DNA of 64,000 bases from Octopus vulgaris (taxonomy: Eukaryota), in NCBI GenBank assembly GCA_951406725.2, contig OX597823.1, positions 68,572,001-68,636,000 on the forward strand, given 5' to 3'. Of the stretch, positions 25,686-39,512 are shown piece after piece. Every line of letters starts with the position of its first letter. Within the stretch, counting starts at the first letter, position 1. Under the pieces are notes generated by a model. That model was not told where the DNA came from and ran no database searches. It saw nothing but the letters and a program-made list of their open reading frames with translations. The position numbers and the translations under genes were made by a program.

Positions 25686-27002
25686 CCTAATAGAGAACTG
25701 ATTAAACAAATTGAAAAGGAATGCTGCACATAACTTGACATACTAGTGTTCAACAAGAAGATAATGGAGAAGGAAATGAAAGAGCAACTGAGGATGGAAT
25801 ATTTCTGAAGACTAAGATTGGTGTTGAAGTCAGAATTTACTGGATGGGATAAAACTCAAGCATGTAACATATGGGTGATAGCATCACTTCAGTATGGTGC
25901 TGGACTCATAGAATGGTAAAAGAAAGAACTGATGAACTTGGGTATGAAGACAAGAAAAATGTTGACAGTGCATGGAATCTTCCACCCTAAGAGTGACACT
26001 GATAGGCTGTACATGTCCAGTTGCCAGGATTGTATCAAAGCAGAAGAAAACAGCTTAGTGTGGTGTGTAAAAAATGCCATGGAACCATTGTTGAAACAAT
26101 TGAAGAAGGCTGGTGTCATTAAAACTGATAACTGTGTAAAGAAAGAAAAAAATGAGGAAAAGAACACAAAAAAAGAAACAGCATGGAAGGAAAAATGAAT
26201 GGTCAGTTTGCAAGAGATATGAATGCTAAGACAGGTACTGGTGGCTATGGATGAGGAGGAGTGACCTGAAGATAGAGACAGAAGCACTTACATGTGCAGC
26301 TCAAGAACAAGCATTAAGGACTAACAATGTGAATCAACAACACTACCGACAACAACAAATGCAGAATGTGTGGTGAGGGAAGTGAGAGAGTATGGCACAC
26401 CATTAACGAATGCCCAAAATTGGCACAACATGAATACAAAAGATAACATGGCAATGTTGCAAGAAGGATCTATTGGGAGCTGTGTGGAAATCGCAACCTA
26501 CAAAGTGCAAATATGTGGTATGAACAAGTCCCAGAAAGAGTCATCAAGAATGAAAATTTTAAAATCCTGTAGGAGGCAATGATTCAGTGTTATCACCTGG
26601 CCAGATGTCGGAAACCAGACATTGTCATGGTGAAGAAAAAAGAAAGAACATGCATAATAATCGAAATAGCATGTCCTGGTGACAATAGGATGAAAGAGAA
26701 AGAACGACTATGACAATTGGAAGTGGGAAATACGAAGGTTGTGGTCAATGGGTAGAGATGACGTGGTACCAATAGTAACTGATGCACTTTGAAGTATCAG
26801 CACTCAACTACCAGCATGGCTCAAAAAGATTGCTACAAATGTAAAGGTAGAACATCTACAAAAATCAGCATTGCTTGCAATTGCAAGAATTCTTCACAGG
26901 GTTCTTGAAGTATGACCAGTAAATAAGTACCACCTAATCTGCTGGTTGTGTCAGCTGACACTTTCCATCACACCTAGCAGAATAAGCTGAGTTTTCATCA
27001 AA
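25686..27002 (+). mobile_element. R4/Dong-like RLE LINE fragment f (same subfamily as d)
   Basis: KTRKMLTVHGIFHPKSDTDRLY, CAAQEQALRT and RKPDIVMV. Its 3' end (26901-26970) closely matches 25298-25368. Confidence 0.85.
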
Positions 27003-28264
27003 TAATAACAACCACAACAAATAAATAAATATAAAAGTAATTGATTTACCTTTCATATTTTCACTGACAGCAAGCAAAAGCATGTCAAACATATCAATTG
27101 GATATCTTTTATATAAAGAATCATACTAATGCTTAACAGATGGAATCTATGAAGGCAATAAGTTATCAAATTTAATACATTATTCAGACCACATAATGTG
27201 GTAGCAGTAGTGGTGATTTTAGCATTCTAAACAATACCAGAAAGATAACCAATCTAACACATTTGGGGATAATACAAATCCAAAATGCCAAATATAGGCT
27301 GTGAATATGTATTCAAGTTTACTACTTGTAGTTGCCTTATCATCCTCAAGTGAAAAACAGATAATTTTGCATAGGGAGAATTAAAACGTTAAACTGTCGT
27401 ATGGTTTATCAACTGTCTCATCTTGCATTATCTTCTCAATAGGGCTGTGAGGTAGCTTCTTTACCTTTGGATACAATTTTTCTTCACTTTAAGATATCAG
27501 GAAATATTTTGAATTGCTAATGAAGTGATACAATTCTTTTGCATTCTGCTTTTAGTGTTATGTATGGTGATAATGCAAATGGCTTCTGTTTTACTCTATG
27601 ATACATAAATGCAGTTAGATAATAACCTTTCAGTTGACAATGGGTTACACTAAGCCAAGTATATGCTGAAATAAAGTAAATGAAAACCTAGTTTATAACT
27701 AGCTTTTCATAATAGTCACTTATTGATAATGAAAATCTTTCCACATAAAAAGTAAGAAATGAATACTGCTTTGTTATTTTCTCATACAACTTCATTTTAG
27801 AATTTGAATTTACTGATGGAATCAAATTGATATTACAATGAACAAAATAATCTTCAAAAATATTCAACAAAGGCTTGAATAAAAATAATGTAATTTCAAA
27901 ACTGTTCAAAAGAATTTCTAAATTTTATGTTCAAATGTTTATGAACAAACATCTTATGGATCAAATAACATTTCAATTTCATGTTTCACCTTGTAAAAAG
28001 AAATTATATATATGTATCTGACATCTAGAAGTGTGTGTATTGTGAGTGTGTGTGTGTGTGCGTATACGTGTGTGCATGCATATCTGAGTGCATATATATA
28101 TATGTTTGTGTTCATGTAAGTGTGTGTGTGTATGCATGTATGTGTGTGTTCCATATTTGTGGCTAGATTTAATATGGGAAACAATATTTTCCCTAATTCT
28201 TGACCCTTTGAAAATGAAGCTTACTGCTAAATGTACACATATGATGATAGAATTTTCTTATAAG

Positions 28265-28690
28265 ATACCCTCTTGAAGACCCTGGCAAAGAGGATTGACG
28301 ACTTTGATAACAAAGCCCTGAGAACCATAGAGAATATCAGATCATACTATCACATTTTCAACAAAGAACTGTGTGTGCACATGCGTCAGGCTGCAGCTTC
28401 CTACCTCATTGCTATCAGTTGCATGTCGTCTATCTCCTACTAGATCATCCTACCAGGGCTTTACTCTCATTTGATGCAGCAACTGCAGGCTGGAAGAGGT
28501 CTTGTGGCATTCCCTACACCAGATAGCTGGATGTGATTGCAGAAGATCTCCAGAAGCTCAATATCACCTTGGAGGATGCAGAGGGGCTGGTGGATCACTG
28601 GTGAACCAGGTCAGCTCTATGCATGATGATATCTCTGGGACCTCTCACCTAGGATGACCCCAGCCTCAGCTAGCAAGAGCATGAAGAAAA
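28265..28690 (+). mobile_element. Degenerate RTE-like LINE 3' fragment
   Basis: LAKRIDDFDNKALRTIENI and WLDVIAEDLQKLNITLEDAE-like remnants. Confidence 0.55.
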
Positions 28691-29474
28691 CAAGCAAATG
28701 ATAATGTGTTCTTAAATTAATTTTACTTGTTGTTACTTTGTATCCCTTAACAACAAAGATAACTTTTCTTGCTTTTCATTGATAACAGATGCCATTCCTT
28801 CTTACAGTAAAGATTTATCCAGCTATAAGAATCTATTCAATGAACATCTTTACATTTATTTTAGTATGGAAAAGAAAAAAAAATGTAAATCAGTGAAATA
28901 ATTTAGCACCATGATTATAAACAGTTCCCTTTTGTGAAGAAATACTGGAGCAAATTTCAGATGTATTTAAATGCTTATATAAATGGTAAATCACTGCCAA
29001 TAGTGAATGGATAACTAAAATATACATGATAAATATGTAATTTGCCTCAGTATATCAATTTTTATGAATTAGTAATTTGAAGAACTTATCAGTGATTGCT
29101 ATTGCAAATGAATTCATATACACTATGTTTGGTTTCATATAAAAATGATTTATTGTTCACATAAGGTAAAATATAGTCACTAACTGATACTAAGTTATAT
29201 ACTTAATCATAACAGAGTTTGCCACAAAACCAAGCATAGCAATATCTAACAAACAAAATAATACACTAAATACACTAACAAACAAAACAATTATCAGAAG
29301 GAATACACATTCTGAACTTTAACATTGACTGAATTACTGTGAGTAATATATAAAAATATCTTAACTTCTGCTGATCAACAATTATGTTGTATAAACTGAC
29401 TTTATATGTGATATCACACAAAGGATACATAACTCTAGGTTACAATAGTTATTTCACACAAAAAGGTACCTTAC

Positions 29475-29515
29475 CTATAATGAAATGACTTCACAGAATG
29501 AAGGTCGCATCTAAG
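29475..29515 (-). CDS. Candidate 41-nt exon (LRCDLHSVKSFHY)
   Basis: Acceptor tttctcttcag, donor TAG|gtaagg, one open frame. Chance occurrence cannot be excluded. Confidence 0.3.
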
Positions 29516-30559
29516 CTGAAGAGAAATACTGAACTCTGTAATTCTTTTTAAGAGATTTATATTCTATTAGTGAGAATACAACTAAAATGAACTGAAGTCT
29601 GAAAGTATATGTGAAACCCATTAAGTCTAGGAGCCACTACAACAGATATAGCCTCTTGCCTAGTATCTAGAGAATACTGTATATCATTTTGTTGAAAGAT
29701 AAATTCTTGATGATCATTAACTGTTTTTGAATTTTCAGAATGTTTTTAGATAAAGTAGTTTAATAACAAGTATACATGTGATTATGTTTACTGGAAATGC
29801 ATTAAAAAATATGAAAAAAATACACTATTCTAAAACTTCAAAGAAATTTTTATGATATTTAAAATAATGAACTTGAATTCTATTGTCAGAACTCTAAGCT
29901 TTTCAATGACGCAAAGGGTTGCATCATAGACTGTTGACTACTGAACAATCCATCTTTATCAAGAATGATATACTTATAGATATGAGACATATATAAGTAA
30001 AAGGTCTCATTGATAGCAAAAATAACTCAACATGATACCCTGTATAAGTCAAAGAAGCTATTCTCAAATCTGTTTTTCTTAAAGAATGAAGAATATATCA
30101 TGTATTTTAATTATGTAGAGATCTCAACTCTCAGGTACCAAATAAATACTCAAAGTGAAAGCATAACATCTATGGTTTTTTTTTTTGGGGGGGGGTTATA
30201 TAGACATGCTTCTTGGTTAAATCGATCAGTTCTAGTGAGACAAGATGCACACAAAAAAATTCAGGCAATCATATTCAGATTAAAATTGCTTTTGATTTAA
30301 AATATTTTGCATCAAACACAAATTCAGAATTTACTAAAACCAAATTATTTATTTAAACTTTGCACACATAACTTTTGAAAACAGTTTATAAAAATAATAA
30401 ATATTTAAATTAAATTCACGTTTATATTTAATGAAACAGAATCAAATATTGAGTTTTTATTCTCTGTTTTATAAGTAATTTTCCTACACTTGTTAAATAT
30501 GTAAAAATAGTTTTTTTCAAATATTAGAGAATTAAGTTACTGAATTTTGAATGAAATTT

Positions 30560-30772
30560 ATTCTACTATAGGCACAAAGCCTGAAATTTTGAAGAAGAGG
30601 ACAGTTGGTTACATCAATTCCAATACTTGATCAATTACCCTTTTTTATCAACTTTGAAAGGATGAAAGGTAAAATAAACCTTGGTGGTATTTAAACCCAA
30701 AACATAAAGCTGGGAGAAATGCTGTCAAGCATTTTGTCTGGTGCGCTAAGGATTCTGTCAGCTCACTGCCTT
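30560..30772 (-). mobile_element. SINE family B copy
   Basis: Reverse complement similar to 9450-9650 (gattctgtcagctcactgcctt at the 5' end). Confidence 0.7.
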
Positions 30773-32049
30773 AATTTTGAATAAAATATTTGGAAAGCCA
30801 TTGATATATTATTTTTTAAGTGGACTATTAAGTATAAACAAATATATCATCCATAAAATGCCATTTTCGTGTAAGATGTCATCATCAGAAAATTCATGTG
30901 AATTGTAGCACATTTAGAGACTCACTCAGAAACTTGCCTCAACATTAAGGTTACAGATAATTCATTTGTACATTATTCTTCTAATAATATGATTTCATAG
31001 ATCTGAAGATCCCTTAACCAGGCTGAGCTAACCCTTTTACCAAGCGTTGCTATGGCTGTTTGAACTCTCTGGATAATAGCTAAAGTCACTCTGACATCTC
31101 ATCTGTCTAGCATGGTATTATATGCAGCAGAAATTCTTTCTTCTTCTTCCCTCCCTCCTCTCTATTGCCCAGCAGAAGTGAAAATTTAAATATTTTTAGA
31201 ATTTTAGAAAGCGGAAGCACCGTGTAATTGAAATTTTGAATTAAATATTATAAAGCCATTGGTGCATTAATTCTTAAATGTGCTATTTATTATAAACAAG
31301 TAATCCATCCACAAAATTAGATTTTGGTGTAACGCTCCCTCATTATAATTCCTATGTATTCTAGTCCATCTTAGGGATTCATTAAAAACTTCACTGCAAT
31401 GTTTAGGTTGCAGATAAACCATTTGTGCATCCCTGTTTTGCATATCTAAGAAATGAAGCATTTTGCAAGATAATTGAAGAGAGTCAGAGGTTAATATTTT
31501 GAAGTTAAATTACATTGAGCTTCCAGTATTAGTAGCTAGAGTAGCAGCAAGTATAACTAGACAACTGGGTCAAAAATTAGACTTTCTTTGATTTGGTATC
31601 TTCCGAGTTTCAATAGGTTAAAAGCAAATAGAATTTCTACCTTAAGTTTATTAAAATTAATTGTCTTGTAACCTTCAGTGGATTATTAGCTCATTAATAA
31701 AGATTTTGCCAAAATGTAGTGTGTAAAGGGCAAACCAATAAGGAGGATTGTATTCTTTCTAGGCAATTGATAAAATCTGGAAAGAGCTAAAAATCGACCA
31801 AAGTAACTGGTTATCACTGGTTTGAAGAATGAGTAAACTGAAATGGCTCAAGTGAAAATTATACGTGCCATAAACTTGTATTACCAAAAGTTTGTTATTC
31901 ACACTTGTAGTATGTCATATTTTGACATACTCATGTCATAGTATCTTTAATTAATTTATTAACATATAATTGTCTTCTTTAGTAGATATATTGTTTTAAG
32001 TTGTTAACAGTCTTTTGCTTGTAATGTGATTGGTTTGGAGAAAATGAGA

Positions 32050-32620
32050 AAAGCTAAGTAATATTTACTAAGATACAACCAAGAAATTTGGTATTTTCAA
32101 TGAAAAAGAAGTTGTGACTTCTATTCCCGAAAGCAATATCGCTGTCACTGATGTTGCAGCCAATTTCATTGGAGAATAAAAAGAAACAAAAAGAAGGCTA
32201 CTGGCCTGAATTACTATGAAAATAGCAACAGCAATAACAGAATATTTCAAAAGGTCTATGTGGTCTAAGGAAAGCAGTAATAATGATGAATACATCAACA
32301 ACAGCAGAGAGCAACTACATTTCGTTAACACATATAGCAGCAATGTCAGTGACTTGAAAACAAAAGTGAAAATACAAGCTTTTGAAAAACATAAACTGCT
32401 GTGAAAACTTATTGGAAAGCAATCAGCAAAAATTACGCATTTTTTTGCTTGAGAATAATGCAATATTGATTTCTAATATAACTGCAAACCTTAGAGTCAT
32501 CAAAGAGAAGTAATGAAGGAACTTGAATTCAGGACAGATTATGAAATAGTGATAACATATTGACAGAAAGCAACAGTTTCTCAACAAAAAAGAAAAAAGA
32601 ATCTAATTTCATTATAGTGA
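32050..32620 (+). mobile_element. Possible highly decayed hAT-type transposase remnant
   Basis: Stop-interrupted frame with weak resemblance to GTF2IRD2-type hAT transposases (e.g. REQLHFVNTY). No TIRs seen. Confidence 0.25.
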
Positions 32621-33636
32621 AGATATACTTCCCAGGGACACAGTGAGTAATACTTGAACTAAACTATAAAGCCCTTTCTTTTAATAAAAATTTCTTACAA
32701 CAATTTATAGAATTCTGGGGAAAGCTCTTAAAAAATTATATAAATCACAGATAATAGTCACTTATTCTAAAGGTCAAGAAATTAACAGTAATTAATTTTT
32801 ATGAATACAAAAGTAAATTAGTTTGATTATCATTTGAATAATCATTTTAATTGTTACTTTTTCCTAAAAATACCTTCAGAAAGGCAAACCTCGCTAACCT
32901 CACATTTTGAAGTCAAGCAGTGATCAACTCTGGAATATTAAGCAAAAGATAGATAAATCTTTCTTTGGATAGAATCCATAAATTGAAATACATTTTATGA
33001 ATCCTTCAGTCTTGAAAGATTTTTAAAGATAAAATATTAACTTGTCTCTGAAACTAACTGAAGAATAGTAATATTTACAAATTTTTAAAATTCTATCAAA
33101 TTGTTTGGCCTTTATCTAAACTAATAAACTTTCAGATTTTAAGAATAATGTTTCTTATGTTTATTTTAGAAAATATATTCAATGGAATATAGTCTATCAA
33201 TACTTGACAAAAACTTTGGGTAGCTGAAGTAATGTTTCATTAAGGTTGTAACAAAGTCTTTAAAGGATCTAAAATAATTTGATTTATGATTGAGCATGCA
33301 GAAACAAACTATGAAGTGACATCAAGGTCATTAATATTTTATGAGATTCAAACAAATGGAATGTGTTTCAGGTAATTCTAATACAATTCAATTAGTTATA
33401 TGTTCTATTTCATTAGTTCCAAGTTTAGAAAACAAATTCAAATTAACAAATAATTATACATAAAGTTACTTACTTTTCATTAACATTTTATCAATAGCTC
33501 TCACATTAAGATACCTAATCCTTCTAATAATATATAACAATGTTTTATTAATTCTAGTTGTTTTTGCTTTTTTGTTTTTTAATAAACTCATACAAACATT
33601 ATGCACTTATTAAATTTTAGTAGAAATTTAGAATTA

Positions 33637-34551
33637 CAGGATGTTCTAACTAAGTTTGACGATTTTTCTTTTAGGAACAGCTTGATGTTTTGGTGAACAG
33701 TCAACGGCATTGGAGAGCATCATGATTAAAGTTGTAGTTCAGAAATAGTTAGCTATGGAGAACTGGAAGCCATCTAAATATTGGAGAAGAGTTACCTGTA
33801 TCAAGAAAATTTGAGCTGGGTGTCAAAATGTTGACATCATGAGTGCTCAATGTTCTGTAAATACTGTAACAGCTGTAAGACATAATGTGGATAGTTGTAG
33901 AGACGTTATGTAAGACATTATGTGGACAGAGACTATGAAGCCATGGCCAGCAGCAATGGCCGTAACAGGTGTGCTGACTGCATCCACATGCCTGAATTCA
34001 TCCAGCAACTGCAGGAACAGAGCCTTAAGCTCAGTTCAGATGGTTATGTAAAGCTACTGAAGATTGTGGTTAAACTGTTGCTGGAGAGGGCTGCTAATGC
34101 AAGGCCATATGTGTGGTAGCAGGATTCAGTTCCTTACCATACCTTCAAAAAGAGTCGGAAATGGTTGTCAGAGAATTTCTATGACTTCATCAGCTCCAAT
34201 TTCTGGCCTCCTAATTCACTTGGTTATAATCTTATGAATTACAATGCATGGGGAATGGTTGAGATATATACCAACCACTCTGCCTGTAACACCAAGGCTG
34301 AGCTAGCAGCCAAGATCAAGAAAGTGTTCAAATATCTTGCCAGGGACACAGTGAGTAATGCTTGCATCAGCTTCTGTAGCTGACTAGCTGACTTGAAGAC
34401 ATGGTGGAAGCTGAGGGTAGCTACTTTGGGTAAACTGTTATCTTCCACTCATGGTTGATAGTTTTTTTGTTTAAATACATTTATTTTTGGATGGGATATT
34501 GTGTTTTCTTTTTCTTTTACACAAACTCACAAATTTGTCCTGAGCACCTTG
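33637..34551 (+). mobile_element. Internally deleted Tc1/mariner-superfamily transposon, maT (DD37D)-like
   Basis: TA-flanked imperfect TIRs (caggatgttctaactaagtttg / caaatttgtcctgagcaccttg). Transposase remnant PYVW*QDSVPYH...WPPNSLGYNLMNY, with 37 residues between the second D and the third (D>N) position. Confidence 0.8.
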
Positions 34552-35399
34552 TATAAATTCTCATAATTTTATTCCAAATAATGTATCATAATAATATTAT
34601 TGAATATGTTTTATTTTAAAGAACAAAGATGAAACACATAATGGACCAGGACACAGGGATTTAAACTCGGTATGTAAAGAACCAAAAAAGAGTAAGCACT
34701 TGTATAAGGAAAATAAATATGATAGACCAGATTCATCACTAGTAGGTTACATTTGTCTGTTATGAATTTGCTGCATTTATCAATCCTGTTCTATAGAGAA
34801 CTTGAAAGGAAGAAAAAAAAAACAGGAAGAGAGAGAGAGAGAAGACACACACTGGTCTTACCAGCTGGCTACTAGGACCAATAACTTAAAACTAGGACCC
34901 AATAAGTTATGCCTATAGGCATTATACCATTTAACCATTTTATGTCTATGAGTATATTTTCAAAATGCAAGAAAAAATAGGTTGAAATATTGTTTGGATT
35001 GCTATTAATCCTTTTACATTCTCATAAGGATTTCTGCCTTGACACAAAATCCAATTTTAAGAAGATTTGATCATAGAAACTAAACACTATAACTAAGTTA
35101 TAAAGATTATCTAAAAGGAAGGTAATAATAATATGGCATCAAGCTGTATGAGAATTTAAGGTATAAGAAAATACTTAATAAAAGTTGTGTTACGATATGC
35201 ATAATCAAATACTAATAGTCTTATTGAATTCCTTTTTACTTAATGAACATGAAGATTGTGTTTGAGTCATCATACTGTCCATACTAGCCCCTTTAATAAG
35301 CATTATATAGGTTATCACCTAATTGTCTAATTCGTGTGTGAGACCAATTGGTTTAATCAGTTGAAATGGATTTACAGTACTGTATAGTATAAAGATTAA

Positions 35400-35409
35400 C
35401 ATCTATCTG

Positions 35410-35508
<99 letters not shown>

Positions 35509-35511
35509 GTA

Positions 35512-35550
<39 letters not shown>
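35400..35550. repeat. (ATCT)n(AT)n microsatellite
   Basis: Direct reading. Confidence 0.95.
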
Positions 35551-35553
<3 letters not shown>

Positions 35554-36637
35554 GATTAATTGACTGATAGATCAATATATGCATACATATACATACGCTG
35601 ACAGACGGATGTACGTGTACATTTTCTTTTATTGCTCTCATTTTTTTCTTTCCCTCCTCTACATGTTTTCTTTCTGTCTATCTAATGTTCTGAGGAAGCA
35701 CTTAACGTCAAAGACATTTACTCTTTCTTAATCATTAACTGTTCTTATTTTTATCACACACACACACGTGTGCACACAATTTATAATAGGGATAATGAGT
35801 CAACAAATGACTAAAGTTGATATTAAAATTGATCAGAAGTTTTAGGTTGAAATTCTTCATGTTGTTTTTTGTGGGGTTTTTCTTTGTATTCTGAGAAAAA
35901 CAGTTTGCTATTTAAGAAAGAGCGTGGCTGATTTTGGAAAAGAGTCACCAGTTTATTCTAGACGGCATTGTTTGATGCAATCCACTATTAAACATAATTG
36001 ATAGAGAATTCATATGTCTGACCAAATTTGCTATGACATTCAATTTATATTAGCTTAGAAATATTGAAGTTTAATAAATGAGCTGATAGTATTGAATAAA
36101 GATTCACCCTTATATGTGCTATGAATCTTTTTTCAAAACAAAAATTTTAAATCTGAGACATGGCTCATCCAAAATATTTCTCAACCAACTAAAATAGAAG
36201 TCAAAATAATTGAGATTATTCTTTTAATTAATGCCACAAATAATATTTTGAAGTAAAACAAATTATGACAGACACTTTGGAAGTGAGTAATTGATTGTTA
36301 CACTTTCCTTTTCAAATATGCTACAAAATACACATTAATTAATTGGCTCTCTTACTATAATGATATTTGCGTGTGTTTATTTGCATAGTTCTTATTCTTC
36401 AATTAAATAGTGTGACAGTATTTTTCAACATTATCAAGAGTCTGTTGAGTAAATCCTTGAAAATCACATACAATAGCAGATAATGCATGCACAATTTGTT
36501 TAAATAAAATATATGAATAAGGACCAGCTGATGATAACACACTTAGATTACTGGCTTAACAAAATTATATTTATCTGAAAGATAACTTGGAAATATATTG
36601 CAATCTGAAGATTAGGAAAATGTTTATTCATGTCATT

Positions 36638-36982
36638 CAGGTGCAGGCATGGTTGCATAGTAAAAAAAGTTTTGGGTTCAGTCTCAGTGCATGGCATCTT
36701 GGGAAAATCTTCCATTTAAGCCTTGGGTCAACCAGAGCCTTGTGAGAGTATATGGCAGGCTTATCATGTGTGTTTCTTTGTCTTGATATCATGTAATAGT
36801 TGTGAGTGTCATCATCAAGTGGTGTCATTCATTTCCAGCCTTTTAGAAAAATATACCCTGGCTGAGAGGAAATATTGCTTTATTGAAAGCAGAGGTGAGT
36901 TGGTGACATGAAGGGCATCCAGTCACAGAAATTCTGGCTCATGCAAGCATAGAAAAGCGAATATTAAAACGATGATGATGAT
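36638..36982 (+). mobile_element. SINE with family-A-like tRNA head and RTE-derived 3' tail
   Basis: Head gggttcagtctcagtgcatggcatcttggg. Tail gttggtgacatgaagggcatccag...catgcaagcatagaaaagcgaatattaaaac(gat)n resembles the RTE 3' end. Confidence 0.65.
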
Positions 36983-38172
36983 TTACTGAAATAGGTTTCT
37001 TCCCCCAAGAGTAACCTTAGAGACTAGTTCTATACTTTATATAAATACTATATTTAAATATAACTAAATCTTCATGATTTTTCTTCGCTTTTATCTTTCT
37101 GGTTTGATTCATATGTAAAGTAAAACCAAGCTATTGGCATCTTTTGAAGACACACTGGCACCTAATACAACTGGTGAGGATAATGGCAATTTCAGTTGTC
37201 CAACAAAGGGACATTATGGACAGTCTTTTAGAAGTGTGGAGCTATAAAAAATGGTTAAGAACACCTACTGTGTTTTAAACTTCCGTAATTAATTTCAATG
37301 TAATTATTGAAGCAACTCATTTATATGTTTGTAAAGATAGTTATTTGTAGTTTAGATTTATATAAGATGCATCTTTTTCTCTCTCACTCTCTCTATTCAT
37401 TCTCCCGCTCTTTCTCTCTCTGTCTCACATGATGAACTCTTAAACAAATCAATTTTACGCTGTTAATTGAATTCCTGCATGAAGGAAATGCCTCCATAAT
37501 CATTCACTTAGGATGGCCGAATTCAATATTCTTCTCCATTCCTTCTCTTGTGAATGATAATAGCATAAATGATATTAATCCTACACAACAGAAGTACTTC
37601 ATTCATACTAATACACACAGAAATTGCATAATAAGATTGTATAAGTAAAGTGAAATAAAAAGTAGATTTATAACCTATACACTTGAAGGTGATAAAACTA
37701 TAAATTGTGTCCAACATTTTTAACACAAGCAGCATAAAGAATAGTTACTAAATTATTATGCCAATCATATTTATACAAATGTTATATCAAAATTTGAAAA
37801 TGGATTTGTAACATTCTGTTTGAATAGGGAAAAAAAGAAAGAAATACTCAATTGAATCAAGCCAAGTATCATACTGATACTTACTTCTAAGACCCGGGAA
37901 AAATTCTGTTAGAAAATTGACCCCAATAGAATTTCAAACTGAATGTTATAATAATATATTATAAAATTAATTAAAAAAAAAACAAAGTATCAGATACATG
38001 TAATATTTTAATTAATATAAAATTTCTGTCTTTATCATTTCATAGCAATGAATCCTTATCAATGACTTCAAATTATTTTCTGGTATTATTTAAGAATGTA
38101 TTTGGCATTTCCTAGTGCAATATATTTATACATACATGCATACACACATACATATGCTTACAAAAGAATATA

Positions 38173-38396
38173 CAAGGTAGTACTGAAAAGTTCCTGGCTT
38201 TGGGTAAAAGAAAAGATCAGTTAATCATGGATTAGTTAATTATGATTTTATTCAATATATTCCTCTCTCTGATTCACATACTTATTGCAGCAGTCCTTTA
38301 GTTTTTCTAAGCCCTGTAAAAGAACTTGGAAGGTTGGGCCTCTAACCTGGCCTTTCGCTACACTCTTAAAGCCAGGAACTTTTCAGTAACCCCTTG
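38173..38396. mobile_element. Mariner-like MITE
   Basis: TIRs caaggtagtactgaaaagttcctggct / agccaggaacttttcagtaaccccttg, with TA on both sides. Confidence 0.85.
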
Positions 38397-38469
38397 TATA
38401 TTCACATGCCTGTACTTATATGCATATTTAAAGACTGTATAAATACATGTATTAATATATAACACACTT

Positions 38470-38680
38470 ATGGGCAGTAGGTTGTTAGAATTGTTAGGGC
38501 ATCAGATAAAAAGATTTACAGCTTTTAGTTACAAAATTTTATGTTCTGCATTCAAACCCTGCCATAGTCAACTTTGACTCATTCTTCCACATCAATAAAA
38601 TAAAGTACCAGTCAAGGGTACTTTATTTTACTAGCAATTGTATCCATCCCCCAAATTTAAGGCTTATGCCTATATTAGAA
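38470..38680 (+). mobile_element. SINE family B copy (degenerate)
   Basis: ttctgcattcaaaccctgccatagtcaactttg...aataaaataaagtaccagtc. Confidence 0.6.
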
Positions 38681-39074
38681 ATCTGATTCTAAATAAAGTA
38701 TTTAGCTTCCTACTGGATAAATTTCAGAAATCCATCCTACCATGGATTGTAAAAATTGGCAAATTTCAACACTACTGCAATTATCAGAATTCTTAAATTT
38801 AAAGAGAGAGCAAAGTTGAAAACTATTAACTGTAAAATGTGTAGATGGTTCTAAATAATTAATTAAATCCTGCCATAGCTAATTTAAGTAAGTCTGGAAA
38901 AATTTCAGAAATTCTTGATTATCTGAAAGAGCACAACATTCTGAAATTTGAAGTAGTAACAAGGTTAAAAGCTATTGACTCTAAATATGCAAATAATCTT
39001 AATTAAAGAAATACCCAACTGTATAGGTGGAGGGTTTGGGAAATTTCAGAAAATCTACTTGATCTGAAATTCAT

Positions 39075-39512
39075 GGTTGACTGGTCCCATGCTGGTGGCA
39101 TGTAAAAAGCACCCACTACACACCTGGAGTGGTTGGTGTTAGGAAGGGCATCCAGCTGTAGAAACTTTGCCAGATCAGATTGGAGCCTGGTGCAGTCTTC
39201 TGGCTTGCCAGCCCTCAATCAAACTATCCATCCCACGCCAGCATGGAAAACAGATGTTAAACTATGATGAGGATGTATATATTTATACATGTGTCTTTGT
39301 GTCTGTGTTTGTCCCCTCCACCATCACTTGACAACTACTGTTGATGTATTTAGATTTCCATAACTTAGCAGTTTGGCAAAAGAGACCGATAGAATAAGCT
39401 TACAAAGAATAAGTCCTGGGGTCGATTTCTTTGACTAAAAAAACCTTAAAGGTGGTGCTCCAACATGACCTCAGTCAAATAATTGAAACAAGTGAAAGAA
39501 TAAAAGAATAAA
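39075..39512 (+). mobile_element. RTE 3' tail joined to a family A SINE 3' half, inserted in the satellite
   Basis: 39075-39270 matches the RTE tail and 39290-39512 matches 5005-5200. Confidence 0.8.

Noticed and set aside
35690-35720. CTGAGGA...gtc, a possible hammerhead
   Set aside because: GAAA is absent and the stems are not supported.
35920-36000. VADFG kinase-like motif in a short frame
   Set aside because: No other kinase motifs or splice support; chance match.
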